This document shows positions 1 to 11,684 of a DNA stretch of 64,000 nucleotides, one piece after another. Position 1 is the stretch's first letter, and the number at the start of each line of letters is the position of its first letter. Origin of the DNA: Hydrolagus colliei (taxonomy: Eukaryota); NCBI GenBank assembly GCA_035084275.1, contig CM068755.1, positions 9,982,001 through 10,046,000 of the forward strand, in the 5' to 3' direction. The notes under the pieces are model-generated. The model saw nothing but the letters and a program-made list of their open reading frames with translations. It did no database searches and was not told where the DNA came from. Both the position numbers and the translations under genes were made by a program.

Positions 1-2944
1 GAAGATCTAGTTTGCTTGCACCCTGCTATTTCACCCCAGCAAAACAAGAGTTAAGAAGGGATCTAAGTATTTTTAGATGTCCTCTTGAAGTGAAAGATAT
101 TTATATCAATATAAATTTGCTTTCCCATTCACTATCTAATTTTGTTAAATTGTTCCCTTATGTTTAGCCTGTTAATTTGCAGCAAACCTCAAATATTGTT
201 CTGGTCCTTTTTCACAAGGTACATCTAAGCAGCACATTTTATATTGGATTTTCCTGCAATACTGGGCTAACTATTTTAATGTACCAGATTTACCCTATGG
301 ATAAGGCAACCCCTCAACTTTCCCTGATCCCTCCATCGTTCCTGAATTTCCCATACACTTCTCTCATCCTTGCTTTGCCGAGCCTCTATGTTCTATAAGA
401 TAATAATAATTACTGGTTCCCACTGGTGCTTCTAGTTCTGTCTTTTTCCTTTCAAGTGCTCCTGGCATTTATATATATACATCTAATTATATGGTCTTTG
501 TCCCCTTCACCTTCCTATCTCTTGCAAGTTGCTTGGAGCATTCTGCTACAAGTCAAGGCACCTTTGGTGTAAGGTTTCCCCCCCCCCCATGTTACACCAC
601 AAAAACAATCTCAGTCGAATCATCGCAATCAGGTTGCAGTCTACCTAGTGCCATCTTGCTGTTAATAAGGCCCAAGCACAGCAAGCCATCAATAACAATC
701 ATTGCTTAAGGAGCTGTAACTTTTACAAATGTTGGTTCCATCGCAAAACACATTCTTCGAGACCTCTGAAGGCCTCTTTCTGATGAATTTTTAATTTTCT
801 TAACAAAGAAATGTCTCTTCTTGGATTCAAAGAAATAGCTGTAAGTAATGTGATGAAATGGGAGCAGCTCTATACAGCTCTCCACCGCTCTTCTTTTAAT
901 GTTGAGGCAGCAAATTGTCAGGCGCATTTGATTAGACAGGCTCTTTTTGTTCCTGTCCTGCAAATCATGAAAAACATGCTCTTTGCATTTGAATATGATA
1001 TGAGAAAAAGGCTGTAATGTGATGGTTATAAAGCAATAGCAGCACTGCCCAAGGCAGCACCTGTATCAGGGGGTCATTGGCACTGCTCGTCAGATCAGTG
1101 CTCTGCCACTCACTCTGTAGATGGTTTATTATGCCTAATTAGGAGGCCTGTCACTTTCCTAGTGATTGAAAAGAAAGATGAACAGAGCACTTGTGTTTCC
1201 GTCCCTATTGGCCACATGACTTTAAAAGTCTAAAGTGAATGCTTGAGACTAGAGGTGTTGGAAGAAAACAGTGCAATCCCTGACGTGCACACATATGCAC
1301 ACACACAGATGCACACACAGATACACACACACGCATAGAAACAACTCATTTTTGCCAAAGTTACACACAATTGCATTTATAGACGCTGGGGTCCATTTTC
1401 TGATCTCCTTTTATTGATTGGCACAAAGTGAATGATTTAATATGCGATTCATATTTCAGAACTTCTAACTCAAATCAGGAGCTCACTTTCACTGTTTGGA
1501 ATTGTGATGCACCCAAACTCTCTGTGTAATAACGCTGGAAACCGAATATTGCCCCATGTACAATGTAAACACTGTCATTTTTGGGATAGTCAAATAGTTA
1601 AGGACTCATGTGTCTTAAAACAATAGGATTTTATTGTGTGTGACATTTAAATGCATATTTTACAATGATAGCCTGAATTGTAGAATTTAAAAATGATTTT
1701 GAATCTATGCAAGTAGTACAAAATGATGCGATTCAGCATGAAATCTTTCCCGAGTTCTATGACAAGTGGGATTTTATAATGCATTTTCTTGACAATGGGG
1801 GCCTTTTAAACAATGCTTTATTTGTATTTTGGTAGCAGTTTGTTTCCAACAGGCTGACACAATTGGAATTCTTATGGACTTGAATAAAGACAGTCTTGTG
1901 TAAATGATCACAAAACCTGTTGAAATATTTAGTTTTGAGAGAGGCCAACAGAAAGTGGGGAATGTAAGATTTAGGCTCAGATTATTTCTTGTTTGGACAC
2001 TGTCCAATCTATTTCTTGTGACGCTTTTCAATTTTCAATGTGCATTTCGAATGCCTTTGTTACGCCGAAAATCTTATGTTCAAAAATCGTTTGACACATC
2101 TGAAAAAATACAGCTTTTCTTTCTTCAGTTTTCAGCTCAGTTCAAAATATAAAGTTGATTGAGAGGAAGTAAATGCGTTAAACATGCACAATGAGACGTT
2201 CGGCTTGTGAAATGTGTTGTGGTGAAACGTGACAAACAGTTCCAGGTGTGACAGGGTGTATACTAAAATTAAAAATAATATAAATAATAATTTGAAAACT
2301 TACATTTTTTTTGTTTATACTACAGAGAAACCTTTTTTTTGAAGAATAACCTGCCCAAAACAAACTCCTGTCCACAGTGACCTTCCCAATGATAATCCCA
2401 GCAATGCAGAGACGGTTCCGACTCAAACCTGCATTAAGAGCTTAGCTGTCTGTAAAGACCATCTGAACCGTCAGTCTCGAGGGTGGTCATTATAAAACCG
2501 CTTCACTGTATTGTTTAAAACCTGCTAATATTCTACAGCAATATGCAAAGTATCAAGAGTTCCCAGAGCAGGATTGTCCACTGGCTACTGTGGTGTTAAC
2601 CTTGCATGTTTAACAGCAGCAGCTAACTCCGCATGTCTGGAGATGAGATGAGAAGTGAATGTATTTCTGTAGAATGTGGGTGAAGGCTATTCTGTCATCT
2701 TGAGAAAAGGAATCCCATCTTCAGAACTATACAAACACGGCAAACAAGCAGACTAGGATCAATTTAACTTCCCCCTGTCTTCCATCTGCCTTTGTACGTG
2801 TTTTTAAAAAAACATATACGTATATATTTGTCTTTAAACAGTGAATTTTGGTGACATCAGCAAAGAACTTGGAGGAGTTCCTGAACCAAACATAGGGGAG
2901 CTGAATTAACACACCACTAAAGTGAAACCCTTGTATCAATGATG

Positions 2945-3002
2945 ACAACAACAATTTGCACTTATATAGTGCCCTCCACACGGTATAGCTTCTCAGAGCA
3001 CT
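2945..3002 (-). mobile_element. L2-type 3' tail fragment (variant loop)
   Basis: Minus agtgctctgagaagctataccgtgtggagggcactatataagtgcaaattgttgttg: stem, then ctatata-tgcaa, then TTG tail. Confidence 0.6.
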
Positions 3003-3011
3003 TAATTACAC

Positions 3012-3215
3012 AGCAACAAAACATCAAAATTACATTTATAGAGCGCCTTTCACATTGGGAGGACGGCCCAAGGTGTTAACAGTGGCGGAGCCTGACTCCA
3101 AGCTGGCGACCTGCTGGGAGGTGGCTGAAGGCATGGATGAAGAGGAAGGTTTTCAGGCGGGACTTGTAAAGTGGGAGAGAGGGGGCAGGGCGGAGGGATT
3201 GAGGGAGAGTGTCTT
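3012..3215 (-). mobile_element. L2 3' end fragment
   Basis: Encodes LPQSLR...YKSRLKTFLF and ends ...gtgaaaggcgctctataaatgtaattttg, as in the 57.3 kb L2. Confidence 0.85.
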
Positions 3216-5039
3216 GGGGCATAGTGACTGATAACGCTATCTCCGACAGTGACTGCTGATGGACACTGATAGGCTCAGGAACATTTCTGACATTAATTTT
3301 CTTTTGTAAAAAATCATTTTTGAAGCACAAACTAATGTTAAAGCGATCAGAAGGCTTTGTTGCTGATGTTTAAGTTACTTTAACGAGAAGAGCACCCTTT
3401 AAACAATCAATATGTAATCTCTGAGTTATCCCTGTCCAACAATGCCTTCCAAAACTGGACTGAGACTCATTTCTAGGGATCCACTCAATGACAGGCAGCT
3501 GATAAATGTTACAGTAATTTAAGTATGGGTTAATGAAAGTGTTACATATGTGTGCTGAATGACATATTTTGGTGTGAGGTAAATTACACTGTGAGTATGC
3601 ACTTTAATCAGGGACTGCAGGGTGTTGTGTGTTTGCTTGTACTATGTTAATTGGCATCATGCTGGCTCTTAGCCCGAGTATTTGGCTTAATGGTACAAGA
3701 TGTAATGTTTTACATATTTCAACCCGAGCCAGACGCTGACATTTTACTAATTCTACACTGGTTTATCACCAAAAGAAACAAGCCAGTATGAGGACTAACA
3801 ACAGGGAACAGCATTGCGCTTGTCTTTAAACCATTTCATAGATTTATATAGTTCCTTTGTTCATTACGGATAGGAATTAGGAGTGTCACAGACATGATTG
3901 GAGCCGTTTCCACACAACGTTTGGTGAAGATCTCATTAAATATTGACACAATCTCATCTTGTTCATTTATCTCTCCACAATTTATTAAAATGGTATTAAT
4001 TTAGATGTTATTTCAATTGCACAAGCCAGCAATAATTCAGAAGCATATAATTGTGATTTATTATTATGAATCGAGTGAGTGTGCGCACATGCCAGTCACC
4101 GTGTGTACAATGTACAATGCTAGACCTTAACTACCATTAAATATAGCTGCTTGAAGATCACATTATAGCAATGTGTTGTTACATTCTTTAAAGATTCATT
4201 TTAATTGCTTTTGAGACCTGACCAAGTATATGAACGATTTTAAGGATTACTATTCTTAAATAGGCATATTAAGCTTAGTTAAAGTGCTATTTCCCTGAGT
4301 TGTAAACAGTTTGTTTTATGTTTGTGCAGTGGCTTTTATTGATGTGGATTGTACTGCTGTTTACTGTGATGAATAGGAAGCTTTTAATTACTGTGGATTT
4401 TAACACTTCAGGAACCTTTTTAACATGTAATTTATCTTGTGCCAAATCAGATCCTGTTGTGGTAAACTTCCCAATTCTGTGCAGCTGTTGGTTTGCGTTT
4501 TTCTTTGCTTGTTTAACCTTATAAGATTTGCTGTGAATACTGAACATCTCTGAAAGTATGGTGAAGATGATAAAATATTCTGAAGTATGTTCAAGTGCTG
4601 TCATGTTGAATTCAACTGCAATTAATCCTGACCAAGTTGTCTGGCTGTGCTTAGTGTGTTCCCAAAAGGGAAAACCAGGTTAGCAAGAGGGGCTGCAACA
4701 ATATCAGAAAATCAAGAACATACTCAGCTGCTCACTAAGACATTATCACGTTTTTCTATTTTGTAAAGAGAAAATGAAAGCGCTGAAGGAAAGGGTTAAC
4801 AGCAAAATGTTGTCCTTATTTGGGATTGGACAAGCAGTAGATAAAACTCATTCCTTCTCATGGGTCTGACCTTCTGCCATTACGTAACTCGCTGCTGCGA
4901 AAGTTTGAATAATATGGATTTCACTGCAAGCAGTGCCAGAAACAGACCACGATTAGGCAGAAGCATAATAGATTTGCAACAGCAACTTGCATTTGTATAA
5001 CTCACTTCACATGTCTCGGAGTACTTTACAAAGATGGGT

Positions 5040-5165
5040 TGGACACCAAGGAAGGGAGAGAGGAAAGGGATCGTAGGCATGGTCGAACCGGTAGGTTTTT
5101 AGAGTGGGGCTTAGCGACAGAGAGGAGGTGAGATAGAGAGGTAGAAGGAAGGAGGGCCAGAGTTT
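5040..5165 (-). mobile_element. Degraded L2 3' fragment
   Basis: aggcatggtcgaac...aggttttt...gaggtg resembles the ORF2-end region of the other L2 copies. Confidence 0.5.
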
Positions 5166-5197
5166 GGACCTCACAGTATAATTAAGCCGTTTAAATC

Positions 5198-5506
5198 TAA
5201 TAATAATAATCCTTGCATTTGATATAGTGCCTTATCACGTCTTTGAGACGTCTCAAAGCACTTCACAGAATATACTGTAAAGTGAATTGACTGTATATTT
5301 GTGGGCGAAATGTGGCAGCCAATTGTGCACAGCAGTGTCCCACAAACAGTCGTGGATTCAAATGAGCAATTAATCATTGATTTTTTGACGGATTATTATC
5401 AGGCCTGTGAAGTAAGGAAACTTGCCCAAGGTTTTGTCCTGCTTGAAATCAAACCCAGGTCTCTCGCTTGCAAGCCGACTGCTCTAACCACTGAGCTACA
5501 GGACCC
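5198..5506 (-). mobile_element. Full-length tRNA-derived SINE, family B short form
   Basis: Minus: A box tagctcagtggttagagc, B-box-like gggtttgatttc, ccttgggcaagt, body ctgtttgtgggacactgctgtgcacaattggctgcc, tail stem-loop, (ATT)n. Confidence 0.9.
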
Positions 5507-5840
5507 AATATTATTGTGACATGTTGCTAAAAACATACTGAGTATTGACGTTGCTGAGTGTTTGAGGCCTTTTATATACACACGGCCTTGTGCTTTTACA
5601 CAAGTGTTGGTAGATTGCAATTAGAGTATGTTATACTTCCCAAATCATTGTTCATTTGACAAATGAGGTAAGGCTCAGAGATTGAAACCAAGTTTTGTGA
5701 TATTTGCCCAAATAAAAGAATGATATCCTTACATTTCAATGACAAGTTAATAAACATAAACATTCACTCTGCAAGCTCAAACCTGCATGGCGGCACAAAA
5801 GTGATGGACTAAATGACCTGTTTTAACAATTTCTATTTCT

Positions 5841-5878
5841 AAGCACACGTAGCAGAATAAGCACACGTAGCAGAATAA
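5841..5878 (+). repeat. 18 bp perfect tandem duplication
   Basis: agcacacgtagcagaata occurs twice in succession. Confidence 0.9.
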
Positions 5879-7225
5879 TTTTTTTCATGAAAAAAGGCTG
5901 TTTGACCAAGTTCCTTTGGCTCATTCACAAACATGAGTGGTAATGATATAAATCTCCAAAACTGTCTTTGCGAGTGAGCTCACGGACTCGGTGATGAATG
6001 CTGTGTCTGACTCCTCTATTATAAGTGCCCTTAAAGATGTTAATGACATGTCCTACTGATGTGAAAGGCATATAACTTTATATTGTATTGTAATCCTTCA
6101 TTCTCTTCAGAAGTGACAAGAAATTCAGTTTATATTTGCAGAAGATTGTTGATTGAGTAAGAAGAATTGGTTGGAGTTAAAGCTTTGGGTGGGGGGTTGT
6201 TGGGGAGGTGTGTTTAGTGAAATAATTTGTAAATTAAGTAAGAGTTGTGGGATGCCATTTTATTTTAGGAACCTATTGACGGCAGAAGGACAGAAATAAC
6301 TAACCTTTATTAATAATATTAAGGTAGAGTTGTAGTGTAACTGTGGGCAACATAACAGGGTAACACAGAGCTTCTGCCATCATCCTTTTTGTCCCCACAC
6401 CCAATATTGTAGGCACAAATAGATCAACAAACTACTCTGAAGCACAGTCAACATGCTACATCTTGAATGTTTGTTACACACCATCAGCTGCGAGTAGCAA
6501 TGTGTGTGTGCGTGTGTATGTTTTTGTGTGTGTGTATGGTGGGGGGAGTTATAATTTTTTGTATCCATTCCAATAATAATCAGCAGTTATTACATCAAAA
6601 TCAGTTGAAGAGCAACCTTACGCTGACCATGTACAGTGCCAACATGACCGTATATAGTTGAAGAAATCGAATTGCACGACAAAATAATTAGCACAGATTT
6701 ATTTATTCCGAAATCTTGCTGTTGCCCTGGAAACGCACCTTGCAATGTGCTGAAACTGTACATGTTGACATATTTTGTACCAACGAACAAACGTAGCACT
6801 TGAGAGAACAACACATTGCAGTGACGGTGGAGGTGTGTGCATTACAGAACTCAAACAGTGAAAGAGGATTGATTTATAATGTAAACGTTAAAGACTTTGA
6901 AGGAAAATTCTACCTGGGTCTAGATTCACTCTCTTTTGTTAGTGGTTCAGACCCATGCAGAATTTGATCAATTGTTGAATTCAGTCTTAGCTTCAAAGCC
7001 TGTTTTCTGTGGATCTTAAAATAAAGTTACTCCAAATCACTGCGGTATTTAAAATTTTGTGCAAATTCTGCATTCTCTGAGAGGCTAAGAATAAACAGAG
7101 TAAATCTAGGCCAGGGTGGAATTGTGCCCCCTTAGTTTTGCAGTACAATTGAGTTTCAACTTAGACTGTGAGTTCAAAGTACTATATTGGGGCTTCAGCC
7201 TGGCCATCTTCTGATTTAGGAAAAA

Positions 7226-7550
7226 TAGCTCAGTGGTTAGAGCATTCGCCTTACAAGCTTGAGACCTGTGTTCGCATCCAGGCAGGTCAGTTCTGGGTGA
7301 AACCTTGGGCAAGTTTGCTTACTCCATATGCCTAATGATAATCCCTAAAACAAAAAAACAAACAAACAAAAAAAATGTAATTGGTCATTTCAATCCATGA
7401 CTGTTTGTGGGACACTGCTGTGTGCAATTGGCTGCTGTGTTTCACCCACAAAATATACAGTTAATTCACTTTACAGTATATTATGTGAAGTGCTTTGAAA
7501 TGCCTAGAAGATGTGAAAAGCGCTATATCAAATACAAGGATTATTATAAT
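7226..7550 (+). mobile_element. Full-length tRNA-derived SINE, family B short form
   Basis: Same head (tagctcagtggttagagc), ccttgggcaagttt, body and tail (gcgctatatcaaatacaaggattatt) as 5198-5506, in opposite orientation. Confidence 0.9.
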
Positions 7551-9005
7551 TTTTATTAAAAGTGCTCCCAACTGTACCTGGCTGACACATGAACTTGGAA
7601 ATACATCAAGGTGACCATAATAAGGAGGCTAGTCACAATCTTTTTTTAAATAAAGAAGTTAGAAATATTTGTTTTTAACAATTAGATAGAATAAAAGGAA
7701 GCTATTCCTCTATTGAATACTCAAGGGTAGGGCTATTGTGAACATGTCCTGGAGTATTCCTTCAATGTGACCTAAGTATGGGAATCATTTGAAATGTTTT
7801 GAAGTAAAATGTTGTCTCCTCTAAAAAGGCTTGTTGGATCTTCTCATTGCCGAGCTCCCATTGTTAATGAGAAATGTTTGGGAAGCGGGGAGAATAGAAT
7901 AAAGCTGTGTGTACTGATGATGCCATTCACAAGTTGCCGTGGCGATGTCTTTCGATGCCATTGTGCCATATATGGGTAAAACTGTCAAAAACAAAAGTTT
8001 GTCAATTAGCTTTCAGTGTCATGATGGCTCTCCTTGAAAGTTGAGCAACTGTCTGAAAATGTTCAATTCTTTTTTAAAAAAAAGCATACTACATTATTGT
8101 CTCAAATGTGAGTGGATAAAGTCTTTTCCTGGCTAGTGTGGGTCTACAGTATTGGACAAAGCAAAAGGCAAATCTTCACAGTAAATATGGTACAATCCTG
8201 ACCACATGGGTCAACGAAAGTAACAATTAACATGTCTCAGAGGAAGATTTCATGTCTGCTTTGTACCTTTTTGACCATTTGTGTTTATCTTAAAGAATCT
8301 ACTCGGGTTTCATATATCGCGCTGAACATTTTCTGCTTATCATCGTTTTCGAGGCGTCATTGCGGAAACTGTTTATGTTGAGTCTAACCTGTGGTATTTC
8401 CTTAATAAGGAATTCAAGTCACATGAATGGGGAAGCTGGTAACCAGGAGTACAGCACGCTTAGAAATCCCTTTAAAACCTGCAGCAAATTGGACTCCACG
8501 AATCACAAATGTAAAGTGCTAAATGTTAAAATTTCAAATGCTGAGTGGCAGTGTCCTGTTCTGTGTTTTACTGTAAATATGCTGATGGGAGTCATTTAAC
8601 AAGCCAGGCACCTCCTTTGAAGTTTCCCAAAGTGATACATTCAGCTACTGATTGAAGCTTTGGGACCAAATTGCTGAGATAAGTACAGTAGCTCGTCTTG
8701 TTTCCATGTCCTGCAGCCAGCAGCTTCGAATGACCAGAGCTGAGCTGACCTGACTGTCCATCCATCATCTGCTATCAATCTGGTTCCATAAATGACCAGC
8801 AGGAGGTATGGTTCATGCTGATTGAGCCAGACATTGTACGAAAGGTGTTTCATAAATGAAAGTTATTCTTTATTATCATTGTTAATATTATTCATCTCCT
8901 AAAAGAATTACACAATTCATTCCTTTCTACATATATCGCCTTCTGGGGGCAGTGTATTCCACATTCTCACAGAAATATTCACTTGACAGACACAGAAGCT
9001 GCAAT

Positions 9006-9076
9006 GTAATAATAATAATGATAATCCTTACATTTGATATAGCGCTTTTCACATCTTCTAGATGTGTCAAAGCACT
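9006..9076 (-). mobile_element. SINE 3' tail fragment
   Basis: Plus ataatccttacatttgatatagcgcttttcacatcttc is the reverse complement of the SINE tail. Confidence 0.75.
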
Positions 9077-9185
9077 AGATGTAAATAAATGCAAAGTGGA
9101 CATTCAGTTGGTCACACCCATAACAAAGCACAATTTAGAAAGTGCAAATTGCCCTTAATTATACTTTCATCATCAAAAAATCTGT

Positions 9186-9325
9186 TGGCTCAGCTTTGCT
9201 CAGTTAGTAATACTGTGACCTCTGAGCCAGAAGGTTGTGGTGCAAACCCATGTCTCAATCTTGAGCTCACAGTCTGGGTGTGAAACCAGTGCAGTAATGG
9301 AGAATACTGGATTGTTCAAGGTGGG
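9186..9325 (+). mobile_element. Deu-SINE (SacSINE1-like) 5' portion
   Basis: gctcagttagta...cctctgagccagaaggttgtggtgcaaaccca...cttgagc...ccagtgcagta matches the head of the 59.6 kb and 63.4 kb copies. Confidence 0.7.
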
Positions 9326-9389
9326 ACTCATTCACTTTAAGACCCACGCAGGTCATTCAGTGGTGCAGCTCCATTGCACTGTAGAGTGG

Positions 9390-9766
9390 TTAGTGCAGCT
9401 CAGTGGTTAGAACACTTGCCTCGCCAATGAGATGACTTGGGTTCGATTCTCAGCAAAGCAAAACGTTGGGCAAGTTTCTTCACTCCGCATGCCTCTGTTT
9501 ACCTAGCAGTAAGTAGGAACCCAGTTGTTAGTCGATGGGCGGATCACTTTTCCGGGAATAATAATTCCTTCTAAAAAAAACTCCACAGTCAATCCACGAC
9601 TGTTTGTGGGACACTGATGTGCACAATTCGCTGCCGCCTTCCGCCCACAAAATACACAGGGAATACACTATATTCTGTGAAGCGCTTTGAGATGTCTCGA
9701 AGATGTGATAAGGCACTGTATCAAATGCAAGGATTATTATCATATGAAATGCAAGAATTATTATTT
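9390..9766 (+). mobile_element. Full-length tRNA-derived SINE, family B long form
   Basis: A box cagctcagtggttag, B box ggttcgattct, ttgggcaagtttcttcactcc...gcctctgtttacctagcagtaa, body, tail, and a duplicated terminus. Confidence 0.9.
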
Positions 9767-11288
9767 ATGGTTGTGCTGCAATTTGGCAAACACCGCGGTC
9801 TTGTCAGAAGTTAGTGGCCAAGTGGAGGTGGGCAGTATCCCGGCAGTCAGCACAAGCGGGCGAAGACTAGGGTCACTTGAACGCACATGGTATCAGCTAG
9901 ACAACTGCACAGACACTTCGGCAAAGTCATCAGAGCAGGTTGACTGTCTGTCCCTTTCAACCTAGATACAAAGACCTAAAAATGTAAAGCGATTTTTTTA
10001 AAAACAAAACCTCTACCAGTGCCATCAAATTCTTGATGGAATGCTAAAGCATGCAATTAGTGTAACAGCAGCACCGTTAGACCAACCACCATTCCTCCCG
10101 TTTGTAGCTGACATTCTTTCAGGTTCATTGAGCACTCAGTTAAAAAAAATTAAACCACTGTGTAGATTTAATTTTTAATTTGCTGTGGATTATAATCTGG
10201 ATAAATAGGGCTATGGGGGGGATGGGGGTTGATACTTCAAATTGTTTAATTTTGCTCATTGTTTAATTTGTAATTTTTGCATCAGTTTGTATCAATGAGA
10301 TAATGCGAGTCTGTGTTCAGAATGCAGTTTGCCTCATAATGTTATCACGTTGCTTAGCTAATGAAAATCAGCATGGCCCTTTAGGACTAGAAGACTGCAT
10401 CGTCGAAACCGAGAGGGAGAGGGAGAAAAACAATCAAATCGTTAATAATTATTTATGGTATTATTCACTCATTTAGGGATTTGCAGTGATTAATTAATCA
10501 TGAAATGCTGTAAACAGTGTATTTCTGAGATCTATATCTGTACTGCAAACAACAAATGTCTCTCTCAAGTCCCGGCAGCACCTCGGGCTGCAGAAATGTG
10601 CAATAACACAAAAGCGTTATTCTGGAATTTTGATATAATCGGATGGAGGGAATGTAGCAACAACTTTTTTGAGATGTGCACCAGGTCATCAGCTGAAGAT
10701 CTATTACTGCTAGCAGAAAACTCGTCTCCTCAGATCTGAGGTACAGTTTGACAGTTTACCAGTCAGAGTGATCAATTCTTCATATGAGAATTCTTTGAAG
10801 AATGTGTCAACTATTCCAGTGTATCCTCGTCTCTCAGAACCACAAACACACACCATATGGATTAGCTCCTGAGGTACCCAAAATGACAGGATAAAATAAC
10901 TCTCTATATCTGCCTCTTTTTCTCTCTTTTTTCGATCTCTCTCTCTCTCTCACTCTTTCTCTCACTCTCTTTTTCTCTCTATGTTGCTCTTTTTTTCCCG
11001 CTCTCTTTCTCCCAACTCTTTTCCATTTCTTGAACACTCTATTTAGGCACTATTTAGTGTTATTTTTATTTTTTTAAATATTGCTTAAGAGGAGAACTTG
11101 CTATCAAATAAAATGTGTACCTTTATACCCTGGAAACAAAATCCAGGCTATGAACATGAGATATTAAGTGAAATTATGATTTTAAAATCACTTCTATTTA
11201 TGCAAACTGTCATATTACAATCTGCACAGGCACCCTAAAAATAGTTCATTACGGCACACGGCACCTGTGAAGGTATGATTGAAGGTAT

Positions 11289-11351
11289 CAGCGCCTTGGG
11301 TCATCCTCCCGACGTGAAAGGCGCTCTATAAATGTAATTTTGCTGTTGTTG
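11289..11351 (+). mobile_element. Isolated L2 3' stem-loop and tail
   Basis: cagcgccttgggtcatcctcccgacgtgaaaggcgctctataaatgtaattttgctgttgttg. Confidence 0.85.
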
Positions 11352-11429
11352 ACTTTTGTTGTTATTCAATGGTTCCTCAATAGATTATTCAAATCCAGAG
11401 TTAAGACTATTTTAGTTCTGTAAATTCAT

Positions 11430-11684
11430 GGGCAGGGGAACTCTCAGCCATTCTGGCTCTGCTCTCTGAAATTCCACCCTAGAGTCTATCCAACTCACCC
11501 CCTCCCTCCCCACATTCAAATCACATCTCAAAACATATCTCTTTGACTACGCTTTTTGTCATCTTTCCCCTTCACGCCCTCTTCATCTCCCATTCACCTC
11601 TGCTCAGATGCCCAACCAGCAGAGTAAAGTACATTGAGACATCCTCCTGATGAGAAAGGCACAGCATAATTGCATATTGTATTG
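11430..11684 (+). mobile_element. Degraded L2 3' fragment
   Basis: ctcagccattctg...ttcaaatcacatctcaaaacatatctctttgac (FKSHLKTYLFD) followed by a decayed stem-loop. Confidence 0.75.

Noticed and set aside
7226-7290. tRNA-like sequences (also 5440-5506, 9395-9455, 59600-59660)
   Set aside because: They have A/B boxes but no complete cloverleaf, and each continues into a SINE body, so they are SINE heads rather than tRNA genes.
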